Shown piece by piece: positions 1-9,489 of a DNA stretch of 64,000 nt (position 1 is its first letter; the number at the start of each line of letters is the position of its first letter). Source of the DNA: an uncultured virus (IMG/VR IMGVR_UViG_3300027816_004729) (Duplodnaviria > Heunggongvirae > Uroviricota > Caudoviricetes); the IMG/VR virus record IMGVR_UViG_3300027816_004729, one strand, 5' to 3'. The position numbers and the translations under genes were made by a program. The notes beneath the pieces are model-generated. The model ran no database searches. It was not told where the DNA came from and saw nothing but the letters and a program-made list of their open reading frames with translations.

Positions 1-195
1 TTTTATTGTTTTTGAGAAGTGTTCCCAAGCATATTTTACGCTTGAATCTTTTCTGTCTGGATTGGCATATGGAATATACGAAACCGACAACTTAATTGAA
101 CCAAGTTTACCTTGATGTTCTCCAGTTGGCGGAATCGGTATACTCACACATGACGAAAGATACACTACTGAAAATATTGTCAAAAAATATTTCAT
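1..195 (-). CDS. small lipoprotein (spanin-like), runs off the window edge
   Basis: Manual translation MKYFLTIFSVVYLSSCVSIPIPPTG...: hydrophobic N-terminus, LSSC lipobox, Pro-rich mature start; ATGA overlap with the upstream ORF; no stop before position 1. Not in the ORF track. Confidence 0.6.
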   Translation of the reverse strand, partial: MKYFLTIFSVVYLSSCVSIPIPPTGEHQGKLGSIKLSVSYIPYANPDRKDSSVKYAWEHFSKTIK

Positions 196-398
196 TCAGA
201 TTTCTTGCTTTTTTCTTTTTTCATCTTCGATAACATCATGTAGATGCTAACCCAAGCAGCAGCAATTGCTGAAATTGAAGCTAAAATACGAAACCATACA
301 TCTAATTCAGGTAACATAGAGATAACAACGGCAAATATGCTGAAGATTGTACCAGCAAATCCGGTTCCTTGCGAATAAATTCCATTGTCAGAGTTCAT
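192..398 (-). CDS. small two-TM membrane protein (holin-like)
   Basis: 68 aa, two hydrophobic segments and a strongly basic C-terminus (KMKKEKSKKSE). Confidence 0.5.
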   Translation of the reverse strand: MNSDNGIYSQGTGFAGTIFSIFAVVISMLPELDVWFRILASISAIAAAWVSIYMMLSKMKKEKSKKSE

Positions 399-399
399 T

Positions 400-1869
400 T
401 TAATTCAATTTGTTAGGTATGACTGCATTAAATCTTGTTGATGTAACAACTCCATTTGTATAGATAATATTTGCGTAAGCAAAGAGATATTTAGCGTTAT
501 CCGCTACTGGCATTGAGCCAATCCAAGTGCGTCCATCATTTGTTGTTGCTACGCTAGACCAAACACGATCCATATTAAATGGCTGAACTTCTGCCTTCCA
601 AAACTCAACAGAAGAAATTGTTAGCGATGTATCTGGTTGGACATTGAATTGACAAGTTCCCGAAACTTTTGACAACCATGACGCAGGTCGTTTTGGCCAA
701 GTAATAGCAGAACCAAGAACATACTTGTTAAGCCACAGAAGTTCGTTTCCTACATTGATAACGACATCGTGCATTTTATTCGCATCATGCGAGAAATCCC
801 ACGGGACGCTAGTTGGTATCTTATCGAAAGTATCGTCTACTCTATCGTGTCCTCCGTGATGATCCGCTGATCCGTTGATAAGAAGAATTGGAACCCTTGT
901 ATACTTTGCCGTTGCTTCTGCCGTAGGTGCATTCAGATAAATTTTTTCACCAGTCGTAAAAGTGGGATATACTGTTGCTGGCAGTTTATATTTCCAAAGA
1001 CTTTTGTCTCGGTAATAAACATTCCACCCATTACCAAACCAAGACACAATAGCTTTTATGCGAGTGTCCATCGACATATTCCACGCAATAGTGCCTCCGT
1101 AGCTATGTCCACGCATACCGATTTTATTAACATTTATCTCTGATTGGGTTAGGAGATATTCAAAAGATCGGCGCATGATTGCTTCCCATAGGTATTCACT
1201 CGTCTGGCGAGGATTGCTGATCTGACTACCATCTTGTAGCGTTGTATTTATTGTATATCCACCTTCATCAGTTCTGTGAATACCGTAAGCTAATTGAGGA
1301 ACTGGATACTCTGTTACAGGCAGCGCATCTGGTCTTGCGCCAGCATAATCAAATCCAAAAGTGGCCCACCCAGCCGAGTTGTAGGATGGATACTCTGATG
1401 GATACCCAGTCCATCCTTGCGCGATAAATAAACATGGGAATCCACCAGCAGGAGGAGTGCTAGTCGGGACGCAGTAAAGACAGAAAATTCGGAATGTTAG
1501 ACCAGCAAAAGTAATGTCGATGTAAAGCCTGCGCTTGCGAACTCCACCTGAAGTAATGTCATCAATGATCTGCGGGTTGAATGGCCCGTTTCCAGCAGCA
1601 GTAGGATCAAATTGCGCGAAGGCTCCACTCCATAACGCTGCGGAGTTAGCAACCAGATCTGAATTGTCAATATTTTTCCAATTATTATCTTTCCTGAAAC
1701 CATACGCTCCAGCAATTAAAGATGAATTGGGGATGGTATAGCCATTTCCGTCTGGGCAATAAATAATTTCTCCGTTATCAGCTGAAATTGGAAGTCGATC
1801 AGCCGCATATTGATTGATGTCTGATACAACTGGAGAAAGTGAAGAGGTTCCGATTTTAATTGGCATCAC
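400..1869 (-). CDS. alpha/beta-hydrolase (carbohydrate esterase-like), probably virion-associated
   Basis: GHSYGG nucleophile elbow, NGSAD (Asp) and downstream His; located among tail-fibre-like genes; N-terminal segment resembles the 'IKIG..' starts of fibre proteins. Confidence 0.7.
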   Translation of the reverse strand: MMPIKIGTSSLSPVVSDINQYAADRLPISADNGEIIYCPDGNGYTIPNSSLIAGAYGFRKDNNWKNIDNSDLVANSAALWSGAFAQFDPTAAGNGPFNPQIIDDITSGGVRKRRLYIDITFAGLTFRIFCLYCVPTSTPPAGGFPCLFIAQGWTGYPSEYPSYNSAGWATFGFDYAGARPDALPVTEYPVPQLAYGIHRTDEGGYTINTTLQDGSQISNPRQTSEYLWEAIMRRSFEYLLTQSEINVNKIGMRGHSYGGTIAWNMSMDTRIKAIVSWFGNGWNVYYRDKSLWKYKLPATVYPTFTTGEKIYLNAPTAEATAKYTRVPILLINGSADHHGGHDRVDDTFDKIPTSVPWDFSHDANKMHDVVINVGNELLWLNKYVLGSAITWPKRPASWLSKVSGTCQFNVQPDTSLTISSVEFWKAEVQPFNMDRVWSSVATTNDGRTWIGSMPVADNAKYLFAYANIIYTNGVVTSTRFNAVIPNKLN

Positions 1870-1891
1870 TTTAATTTTTTCTTACATAAAA

Positions 1892-3211
1892 TTAAACGGT
1901 CACAGTCCATCCTTTAGCAGTTGCAATAGTTGTAGTATGTGTTGCTGTTCCAAAATTACCTGTAACTGTAATTGTTTTTCCAGCTCCAGACGAAGAAAGA
2001 CCTGTATAGATAGCATTAAGTTGTGTACCGGAAAGCATGCAATTTAAAAAACTCGTCGAGTTATTAATTCCTATAAATCCAGCAGATTTTAGAGACGAGG
2101 CATTCGCGCAGAGACTAGTAACTGTTGCTGTTGACGGAACATTTATAGTTCCGATCAATTGAAGGCTATAGCAATTCTCAAACATTTGATTCATGTTTGT
2201 TGCAGCAGGAAGAGATAGAGTTATAATATTTAAATCGCGCAGATTCCAGCATCCAGAAAACATTCCAGAAAAATTCGAACAATTCGTAAGGATCCAATTG
2301 CCAATTGAAAGTTTTGGTAGTGCTAGACAACTATTAAAAGCATTTGCCAGCGTTGTCACATTGTTCATAGACCAATTACTAACATCTATGCTGTAAAGTG
2401 AGGAGCAACCAAGTGCAAAATTTGACATGTTTTGTAGTGATCCAGTATTCCAACCAGCACACTTAAGCTCGACTAGCGCAGAACAACTGCGAATCATTGC
2501 ACTAAATGATGTCACTAATGAAGTGTTCCACGTACTTGCATCGATTGTTTGAATTGAAAAGCACTCAAAGAACATCGTATTCATATCTGTAATTGCTGAT
2601 GTATTCCATTGTGCCGAGTTTATTTCACGCAATCCTGTGCATCCATAAAACATAGAACTGGCGTTAGTGATCGCTCCCCATGAAGTAATATTTACTCGTT
2701 CAAGTAAAGAATGTCTTATTGAACTTCCACCAATTAATAGTCTTTGGCCAGAAATCAAATTTGGGAGGTTAATATTCATATCTAGCCAACCAGAAGAATA
2801 TCGTGTGCCTGACGGGATTGTGACTCCAGATGAATATTTATCACTGAAGTTAGCGTAGCTGAATGTTGCTCCAGACGGAGGAGTGATAGTTACAAGTGCT
2901 TGACGATATCCGCCAGAGGTAATCGTTGCGGAAGAAACATTGTCCCACGCATAATTGTGCTGCATTACCGTATTACTTGCAGCGGACTCGACAATGCCAT
3001 CACCCCAATCAATCGTATAAGCCGCACTATTCGATGTCTGCATGCGGATTGTGGCGAAATTCGTTGTATTGTTAAACACCGCATGCAGTCCTCTAACTGT
3101 GTTGGCTCCTGCAGTCGGCAAATTCAGCCAATCTGAAGGACGAGTCCATGTTAATGCATCAACCTGGAACAAAGGGCTTGAGCCTAAGTATGCTTTTACA
3201 TATGTAGCCAT
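1892..3211 (-). CDS. BspA/DUF285-like leucine-rich-repeat protein (tail fibre/receptor-binding candidate)
   Basis: Repeated WNTS..T.M..MF..C..L units, IDWGDG PKD-like motif, C-terminal IATAKGWTV. Confidence 0.75.
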   Translation of the reverse strand: MATYVKAYLGSSPLFQVDALTWTRPSDWLNLPTAGANTVRGLHAVFNNTTNFATIRMQTSNSAAYTIDWGDGIVESAASNTVMQHNYAWDNVSSATITSGGYRQALVTITPPSGATFSYANFSDKYSSGVTIPSGTRYSSGWLDMNINLPNLISGQRLLIGGSSIRHSLLERVNITSWGAITNASSMFYGCTGLREINSAQWNTSAITDMNTMFFECFSIQTIDASTWNTSLVTSFSAMIRSCSALVELKCAGWNTGSLQNMSNFALGCSSLYSIDVSNWSMNNVTTLANAFNSCLALPKLSIGNWILTNCSNFSGMFSGCWNLRDLNIITLSLPAATNMNQMFENCYSLQLIGTINVPSTATVTSLCANASSLKSAGFIGINNSTSFLNCMLSGTQLNAIYTGLSSSGAGKTITVTGNFGTATHTTTIATAKGWTVTV

Positions 3212-3212
3212 T

Positions 3213-3614
3213 TTATTTTATAAAATAGATCGTAAAATTGTCTTTTACAGGAATAGCGTCGTAAGCAGTTTGCGTTAAAGCACGGATTGTATTTACTGGA
3301 GTCGCATCTGTCGTATTTTTCAGAACAACATCCGGCTTATTGAGAATTTGAGATAAACCAGTCGAAGAATTCCAGTTTGAATTGACTTGTGCCGCTGGAA
3401 TTGTTAGAGAAACAGATCCGGTTTGAAGACCTCCGCCGTTTACACGTATTGAAGAAACTCCGGCGGTTCCTCCTCCAGAAGAAGCATTATTTATCGCAAC
3501 GATAAGTAATCTTCGCCATTCGGCAGTATCGAGAATCGGAGGGATTTCAGACGGATCGATTCCTGCAGCAAGTAGTGTAAGTTTACGGAATTCCGCAGTA
3601 TCGATATCGCTCAT
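3213..3614 (-). CDS. virion fibre/adaptor protein
   Basis: Duplicated DTAE(F/W)R.L motif and C-terminal LTQTAYDAI..KD..TIYFI motif typical of fibre proteins. ATG at 3614 preferred because the GTG at 3635 lies inside the terminator stem. Confidence 0.55.
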   Translation of the reverse strand: MSDIDTAEFRKLTLLAAGIDPSEIPPILDTAEWRRLLIVAINNASSGGGTAGVSSIRVNGGGLQTGSVSLTIPAAQVNSNWNSSTGLSQILNKPDVVLKNTTDATPVNTIRALTQTAYDAIPVKDNFTIYFIK

Positions 3615-3628
3615 TTTGTATAAAAATT

Positions 3629-3661
3629 TAGCCACAGGGAGATTGTAACTCCCTGTGGCTA
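3629..3661 (-). terminator. intrinsic terminator downstream of the major capsid gene
   Basis: Perfect 13-bp stem TAGCCACAGGGAG/CTCCCTGTGGCTA with 7-nt loop, followed by AATTTTT on the minus strand. Confidence 0.75.
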
Positions 3662-3673
3662 TTTTAGTTTAAC

Positions 3674-4885
3674 TTACAGACCCGTTGAAGAACTTCCAAC
3701 GCAGGTTTCAAGACCTGTATTGAAAGTGCAACGCTTGTAAGCAAACGGGACAACCGCGTGGGGACGGAGCGGCTGATAAGCACGCGAGATTTGATAGATG
3801 TGCTGTCCGTAATCAAGGAACAAGTTGCAATCGTTATCGCGTTGAGCAACCCACTCGAGTTCACCCATGGCGAGCTGAGGAGCAAACTTGAAAGTTCCCT
3901 CACCAGAATAACGCTCAGGAGTCAAACGCGAGAAACTCTCGCCACCGACAACGAAACCGATTTCGTAGTTAGCGTTGATCCACGCAGGGTTGCGTCGGGC
4001 TCCACGACCATTCGAAACGGTAACGCCAATTTCAGGTTCAATAAGAACCGGGCGACCTTGACTGTCAAAGGTATTAAAACGGAGAGGTTGGGAATCGACA
4101 CCGAAAGCGAAACCGCGATAACCTTGGAACTGGTAACCCGTCAAAGAATCGTTGCCGAGTTTAAACGAACCTGCAGTCACGTAGTTAAGATCTTCTTTGA
4201 CGTCCGCGTCATTACGGAAGGCCTCGATTTGGTCAATTGAAGCGATTACCATAAAGTAATCTCCATTTGCCGTACCAAAAGGTTCAACGAGAAGATCTTC
4301 ACGCAGAAGCGATCCAAGCTTATAGAGGGTTTTGAAATTCATCTGCGCGTCAGGGAGCGCATTATAGAATTTCGTATCAATAGCTTGGGACTCGCCAGTG
4401 ACAAGGGTATCAAAGGAAAGTCCTTTTTTGGCCAAGAATTTTACACCGGAACGATTCAAAAGAGTCGCGCGGATGTCAGAATTCATGATTTGGAGGATGC
4501 CTTTTTCCAAAGCCATTTGGGCTTGGAGATAAGCACCTTTAAAAGCCGTGCGAGAAGTCTTGACGCAAACGCGAGGACCGCGACCACGCAGAGACTGCAG
4601 TTGGTAGGTGTACTCGGTAGAGCCAACTTCGTCGGCATCGGCGCCAGTTCCGCAAAGCGTTACGTCATCGCTGAATGTCGGATTCGCTAAACTGGACTGA
4701 AGAACTGCGCGTTCTTGGACAACAGAGCGGACGACATCCGAAACGTTCGGAATAGTTCCACCCTTGAGGATGTTCATATAGGGAGATTTACGGGCAAGAA
4801 CCTTGCCAATCTGACCTACAATACGGTTTTTGTCTTTTGCGGCGAAATCTTGAACCGCCGACAAGTCAATACAATCGTTTGCCAT
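3674..4885 (-). CDS. major capsid protein (putative)
   Basis: 403 aa, downstream of portal and scaffold, long structured leader, followed by a strong terminator. Confidence 0.7.
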   Translation of the reverse strand: MANDCIDLSAVQDFAAKDKNRIVGQIGKVLARKSPYMNILKGGTIPNVSDVVRSVVQERAVLQSSLANPTFSDDVTLCGTGADADEVGSTEYTYQLQSLRGRGPRVCVKTSRTAFKGAYLQAQMALEKGILQIMNSDIRATLLNRSGVKFLAKKGLSFDTLVTGESQAIDTKFYNALPDAQMNFKTLYKLGSLLREDLLVEPFGTANGDYFMVIASIDQIEAFRNDADVKEDLNYVTAGSFKLGNDSLTGYQFQGYRGFAFGVDSQPLRFNTFDSQGRPVLIEPEIGVTVSNGRGARRNPAWINANYEIGFVVGGESFSRLTPERYSGEGTFKFAPQLAMGELEWVAQRDNDCNLFLDYGQHIYQISRAYQPLRPHAVVPFAYKRCTFNTGLETCVGSSSTGL

Positions 4886-5106
4886 AATAGTATATTTTAG
4901 TTGTTGTGCTTTGTGATGTCATTAGACATCGTTGAGGTTGAATTTCGGTGGCGTAATTGCCATCGCTATTTTTCGTCCTCGGCACGCTAGGACTTTGTTG
5001 CGGCCAGTCTGCAGCAGTAGGTCTGATGCTCCCCAATTGCTATCGGCAATCGCTCGTGAGAAATCCATACGACTAAACTATTTTTTTAGACAACTAAATT
5101 TACTAC

Positions 5107-5817
5107 TTAGGTTATAATTTTATTCTTAACTAAATTTATAGCCGTGTCGTCTTTTACCCCGTGCAACCAAACGCAACCGGACTTTACGAGATGGTCAAAT
5201 TCTTTTTCGGAAAGTTCTTTTTTGCGATAAAGATTTTGAATGGCTTTGGATTTTTTCCAACCTAGTTTTTCAAACTCGTCGGCAAACCACGTATCCCAAG
5301 CCCGATTTTCTGAGCATCCAATAAATTTACTATGCATTCTAGAAATCATTGGGTGAAACATAGCGTTACCATTAATATGCCCAACCTCATGCTCTCCGTT
5401 ATTGTGCCAGCAACCCACGACCGCGTATTCCTTATCCCATTCGGCGATTAACTTTTCTTGCCAATCTTTAGCAATCGGCAAGGCATCGACTTCCGTAGTT
5501 AAAACAAATTTGTAATTCCATTTTTTCTTCGAGTGTTGATTCGCTACGTGGTCGACAAGATCGCACCAAACTCCGTTAGACCCACCAGGAAAGCCAACCT
5601 CACGACGTGAAGACCTATGAATGTGCACTGTTTCAAAACTTTCTGCGAGTATGTTTTCTAACTTTTTACTTTCTGGGCAATCTCGACGGTAAACGACACA
5701 GCAATCCGCATGATCGAAGTGCTGATCTCCTGCCATGTCAGCAAGCAATCTCGCTATCTTTATGGCTTGTGGTATTTCTTCATTGTAAACTTGCAGTGCG
5801 TATAGGAATGTTTTCAT
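5107..5817 (-). CDS. glycosyltransferase-like protein (GT-A fold)
   Basis: EVD (DxD-like) after a hydrophobic strand, HINGNA, C-terminal HGVKD; clustered with other GTs. Confidence 0.55.
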   Translation of the reverse strand: MKTFLYALQVYNEEIPQAIKIARLLADMAGDQHFDHADCCVVYRRDCPESKKLENILAESFETVHIHRSSRREVGFPGGSNGVWCDLVDHVANQHSKKKWNYKFVLTTEVDALPIAKDWQEKLIAEWDKEYAVVGCWHNNGEHEVGHINGNAMFHPMISRMHSKFIGCSENRAWDTWFADEFEKLGWKKSKAIQNLYRKKELSEKEFDHLVKSGCVWLHGVKDDTAINLVKNKIIT

Positions 5818-6539
5818 TTTAGTATTTGTTCTATTTTTTGCATGTGTTGTTCAACTCCGCCCCACGACCAATGCTGTGTTGCGCATGTTTCTTTTTCTCC
5901 TGATTTTAGCCATGTGAATTTGTCGTTGTGGAATCTGTTTGCCCATTGGCCAAGTGTATTGAATTCGCTGAACTGCCTGTATGGTTGAGCACATATCCAT
6001 GTTTCCAGATCGTGCTTTTGAACTTGTTGAACGAATTTTCTAAACTCAGGATAAATCCAACGAGGATAAATTATTGGAAGTCTCCGCATGTATTCTTTTT
6101 CATCAAACCAACCAAGAGTTAGTTTTGCAATTTCTGGCCAAGGAGTCGGTCTTATTGTCGAATAAATTGGGCAGACCGCCATCACATTTTCGTCGTATAG
6201 AACTATAGGTTTTTCGTGCTCGAAAAAATCTTCAGGATGTGTTTCTTTAAAAAATATACAATCGCTGTCGACGTGCAAGATATAATCCGCATTGCAGAAA
6301 TTATCTGCATACATCTTTGTCACTTGTTGAGCTAAATACCCTTCGCACTTATCACAAACTCCATGGGCAATTTCTCCGTCTAAAAAATCCAATGCAGAAA
6401 CGTCTTCATTTGGCACTGCAACATGGACATCATTAAATCCTTTGCAGAATTTCTTTATGCTTCTTAAACAATATTTTAACCACTCAAAGTCATTTTTGTA
6501 TGAACGGATAAAGATGTCAACTTTTACAGAGGATGTCAT
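5814..6539 (-). CDS. glycosyltransferase-like protein (DUF6492-like, GT-A)
   Basis: IFIRSY start, GYLAQQVTK, HVDSD (DxD), FSEFN. Confidence 0.65.
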   Translation of the reverse strand: MTSSVKVDIFIRSYKNDFEWLKYCLRSIKKFCKGFNDVHVAVPNEDVSALDFLDGEIAHGVCDKCEGYLAQQVTKMYADNFCNADYILHVDSDCIFFKETHPEDFFEHEKPIVLYDENVMAVCPIYSTIRPTPWPEIAKLTLGWFDEKEYMRRLPIIYPRWIYPEFRKFVQQVQKHDLETWICAQPYRQFSEFNTLGQWANRFHNDKFTWLKSGEKETCATQHWSWGGVEQHMQKIEQILK

Positions 6540-7161
6540 ATTGCTCGCCTTTTTCTGGAAACGGTGTTATTTTATAGCCTAGTTTTTCTAAAAAACTTTC
6601 GACTTCGTATGGACTTGTACCGTTAGCTTCAAGCGCGCCTCGGTTTATTTCAATCCACATAGTTGGTTTAAACTCTTGGACTGTTTTTAGCGCGCCGCGT
6701 AAAGCATTCAACTCAAATCCTTCGACATCGATTTTTATAAACTTGACGTTTTGGATTTTCAGTGAATCTAACAATACGGTTTGAATTTTTGTTTTTCCCG
6801 ATAACTTTATTCTACTAGCGCCGGCATTTGGGTTAGTTTCGTAGGATAACGTTTCTTCTTTGTCAGATATACCGGCGTTAAATACGAGCGCGCCAGGACA
6901 ATTGTGGCATAAACAATCAAATGCCTCTTTGTTAGGTTCGAATGCGTAAACATGGCCAGTTTTTCCAACTCTATTCAAATACGCAATCGTGTGGTCGCCA
7001 ATAAAAGCGCCTGCATCAATAACGGTATCGCCAGGTTTTATATGCTCAAGAATTATCGGCAATGCGTACTGATCATGGTCAAGTCGTCCAGATTCCTCAA
7101 CCCATTTTGAGATGTGCGTGTCGCCGTCTATGACGGCAACATTACCGTGAATAATTTTCAC
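6517..7161 (-). CDS. FkbM-family SAM-dependent methyltransferase
   Basis: IDAGAFIG, AFEP and KIDVEGFE motifs. Confidence 0.9.
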   Translation of the reverse strand: MKIIHGNVAVIDGDTHISKWVEESGRLDHDQYALPIILEHIKPGDTVIDAGAFIGDHTIAYLNRVGKTGHVYAFEPNKEAFDCLCHNCPGALVFNAGISDKEETLSYETNPNAGASRIKLSGKTKIQTVLLDSLKIQNVKFIKIDVEGFELNALRGALKTVQEFKPTMWIEINRGALEANGTSPYEVESFLEKLGYKITPFPEKGEQYDILCKS

Positions 7162-7931
7162 AGTATCTTACTCAAGTTTGACGTGTGAACGCCGTATGTT
7201 CCGTAACCTACGTGGATAGCCTGTAGTTTTGTATCAACGTACGGTTGGAAACCGCACTCGCGAGCTCTGCGGCAAAACGCAATATCCTCTCCTGCGCCGT
7301 CAGTATCGGGTTGAAAAAAGTTCCACGGCAATTCGTCATTTCCAGGTGCTAAATCAGGAAACTGAATCATCATCGTCTCAAAAACTTCGCGCTTTATAAG
7401 CATGCACCCAGTTCCTAACCAGTTGCATGGCATGACAGAATCCGTGAAAGAATTTACGCGCTCTCGGTATTCGGAATCATTATGCAAACTATTTATAGCA
7501 CGGCCATCCTTGTGGCGGCCAAAATATGTAGCACCGACAATTGGCTTATCGTGCCCTATCAATCTATGGATTGTATCAAGTGCTAGTGCTGAATCAGGAT
7601 AATCGTTTGGCAATCTGCACATCTGGCGCATGAATTGTGGACGGCCAATTGGCAATATCATATCATCGTCAATAAACAAAAGCCATTTTGCTTCTGTCTT
7701 GAGGAACTTTGCGGCAAGATTATTACGCGCATGATAAATCATCGCATCGCCAATTTCCATGTCGAAACGAATTTTATCTTTGCCGATATCAAGAGCCATT
7801 GCCAATAAACACCAAGCCGTTACCGGATTAGTTTGCTTATAGCAAGGAAACCCGACAAATAAGTCGCGGCCAAGCCATTCAGCGGAGCAACTTTCTACAA
7901 GTTGTTCTTTCTTTTTTCTAGGTTGTCTCAT
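7158..7931 (-). CDS. GT2-like glycosyltransferase
   Basis: ARN, FIDDD (DxD), GTGCMLIKREVF, GEDIAFC. Confidence 0.85.
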   Translation of the reverse strand: MRQPRKKKEQLVESCSAEWLGRDLFVGFPCYKQTNPVTAWCLLAMALDIGKDKIRFDMEIGDAMIYHARNNLAAKFLKTEAKWLLFIDDDMILPIGRPQFMRQMCRLPNDYPDSALALDTIHRLIGHDKPIVGATYFGRHKDGRAINSLHNDSEYRERVNSFTDSVMPCNWLGTGCMLIKREVFETMMIQFPDLAPGNDELPWNFFQPDTDGAGEDIAFCRRARECGFQPYVDTKLQAIHVGYGTYGVHTSNLSKIL

Positions 7932-9196
7932 TAAACTCCTTCAGCGGCTAAAAGACCTTGTTCGATAGCATCTTCGTCGGATAGTTTCATCGGATCAAAT
8001 ACGTCGCTAGCTTTACGCATGCCGTTTCTTGGAGCGGGAGCGCGGCCTGCTGCTCGAATGGCTTCAAGTTCTTTAGCAAATTTAGCGGATTGACTAGTTG
8101 CTGTTTGGAGTTGAGATTGAAGATGCTCGATTTCTTTCGCGAAGTAAATACTTGCTACCGCGGCCATGGCAACTTCAGTCCGAGCTTGCGGATCGCGCGC
8201 ATTTAAAGCTTCTTGAAAATGATTTTCCATTTCTGCCACGGTATTGTTGTGGTTCTGTATCTGCGCAACTTGATCTGGAGTTGCATTTCTTGGAATTTCC
8301 ATGTAGCGAGCTTGCGGAAGCTCTTTAGTCATTTCATCAAGATGCGTGTGGATTGTATTCTGTTCTTGCTCGTAGAACTGCTGCATTTTCTGCTGTTGTT
8401 CGGCAAAAAATTCTTCTTTACGTGAACTGAACTTTTCTATTTCTTTGTGCTTGGCGTCGACGACATCCGCGCGCTCGGCAAGTTTTTTCTGGACGCGTTC
8501 GCGTTCTAAGAAATTTAATTTTGGAAGTATGCTTTCTTCCCACCACGACGCCGGAATTTTATCTAAACCAAGAGATTTGAGTTTATTCTCAGTCTCTTCA
8601 GGCAATCCATTCTTTTTAAGGATACCGAGAACATCCGAATCTAACGTAGTAATGCGCTCGTTAAACTGCTTTTGGAATTCAGGATCGTTTTCGGCATCGA
8701 AAATTTTGCGGAATCGGCGATGATCTTCTAGTTCGGCTAATAACTCTTGCGGAGGTTGCGAAACTTGGTTTTTAAGATGCTCGATGTATTGCTCGTATTT
8801 CGGGATTGCTTCCGCTTGTTCTTTATAATGCTTAGCGACTTCGCGTAGCTTATTAAAGTTGACAAGATTCCTTGGACTAATATCGGCAGGCGGCTGGATT
8901 TTATCGAGATCGAGATTCGACGGATCTTCAGTTTTCTGACTGTCTTTTTGGTCCGCAGGTTGTCCATCTGCCGGTTGGTTGTCAGGAGTCGCTTGACTTT
9001 CATCGGGTTGCGCAGGATCTTCGGGCTGTGTCGGCGTGGTTTCATCTGCGGTAGGTTGAACTGAGTCATCTTGATTAAAAACGCCTGCTGCGTCTAGCGC
9101 TTTATCCAAGCTATTTAAATCTTCGGTGCTAGGGGTTTCAACATTACCAAGGTCGAGTTCACTGGGAACTCCTTCGTCAGTTACTGATTTTTCCAT
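7931..9196 (-). CDS. head scaffolding protein (putative)
   Basis: Acidic Pro/Gln-rich N-terminus, long coiled-coil, located between portal and capsid genes. Confidence 0.55.
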   Translation of the reverse strand: MEKSVTDEGVPSELDLGNVETPSTEDLNSLDKALDAAGVFNQDDSVQPTADETTPTQPEDPAQPDESQATPDNQPADGQPADQKDSQKTEDPSNLDLDKIQPPADISPRNLVNFNKLREVAKHYKEQAEAIPKYEQYIEHLKNQVSQPPQELLAELEDHRRFRKIFDAENDPEFQKQFNERITTLDSDVLGILKKNGLPEETENKLKSLGLDKIPASWWEESILPKLNFLERERVQKKLAERADVVDAKHKEIEKFSSRKEEFFAEQQQKMQQFYEQEQNTIHTHLDEMTKELPQARYMEIPRNATPDQVAQIQNHNNTVAEMENHFQEALNARDPQARTEVAMAAVASIYFAKEIEHLQSQLQTATSQSAKFAKELEAIRAAGRAPAPRNGMRKASDVFDPMKLSDEDAIEQGLLAAEGV

Positions 9197-9228
9197 ATTA
9201 TTTTATTTTACTGGTTTTATTTTGGCTA

Positions 9229-9489
9229 CTACGACATGTCGCGGTAACCGGCTTCTTGCTGATTCTTACGGTTGACACTCGCCAACCCAAGAAATGCTTT
9301 TACGCATCCAGTCCACCCGGCTTGCATTGCCGCGGCGCGGGCGATAGCTTCGGCATCATTATTGAGAATAATGTCGGACGTAATTTTTGCCGGACACATT
9401 TCATTTAAAATATTCTCGATTTTTTGTGCCGGTACGCGAACAAAGAATTCTCTAAGCGCTACCCCGTCTTCATTTTCCCAGTTTATCAT
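9229..9489 (-). CDS. hypothetical protein downstream of portal
   Basis: 86-aa ORF overlapping the portal stop. Confidence 0.55.
   Translation of the reverse strand: MINWENEDGVALREFFVRVPAQKIENILNEMCPAKITSDIILNNDAEAIARAAAMQAGWTGCVKAFLGLASVNRKNQQEAGYRDMS

Noticed and set aside
3758..4690. Long antisense ORFs opposite the capsid gene (and similar ones opposite other long genes)
   Set aside because: No motifs or plausible starts; consistent with codon-bias shadows of the real genes.
4971..5000. Hammerhead-like GTCC...GGAC-GAAA on the minus strand
   Set aside because: The required CUGANGA core before stem II is absent (reads CAACAAA) and I could not form stems I and III.
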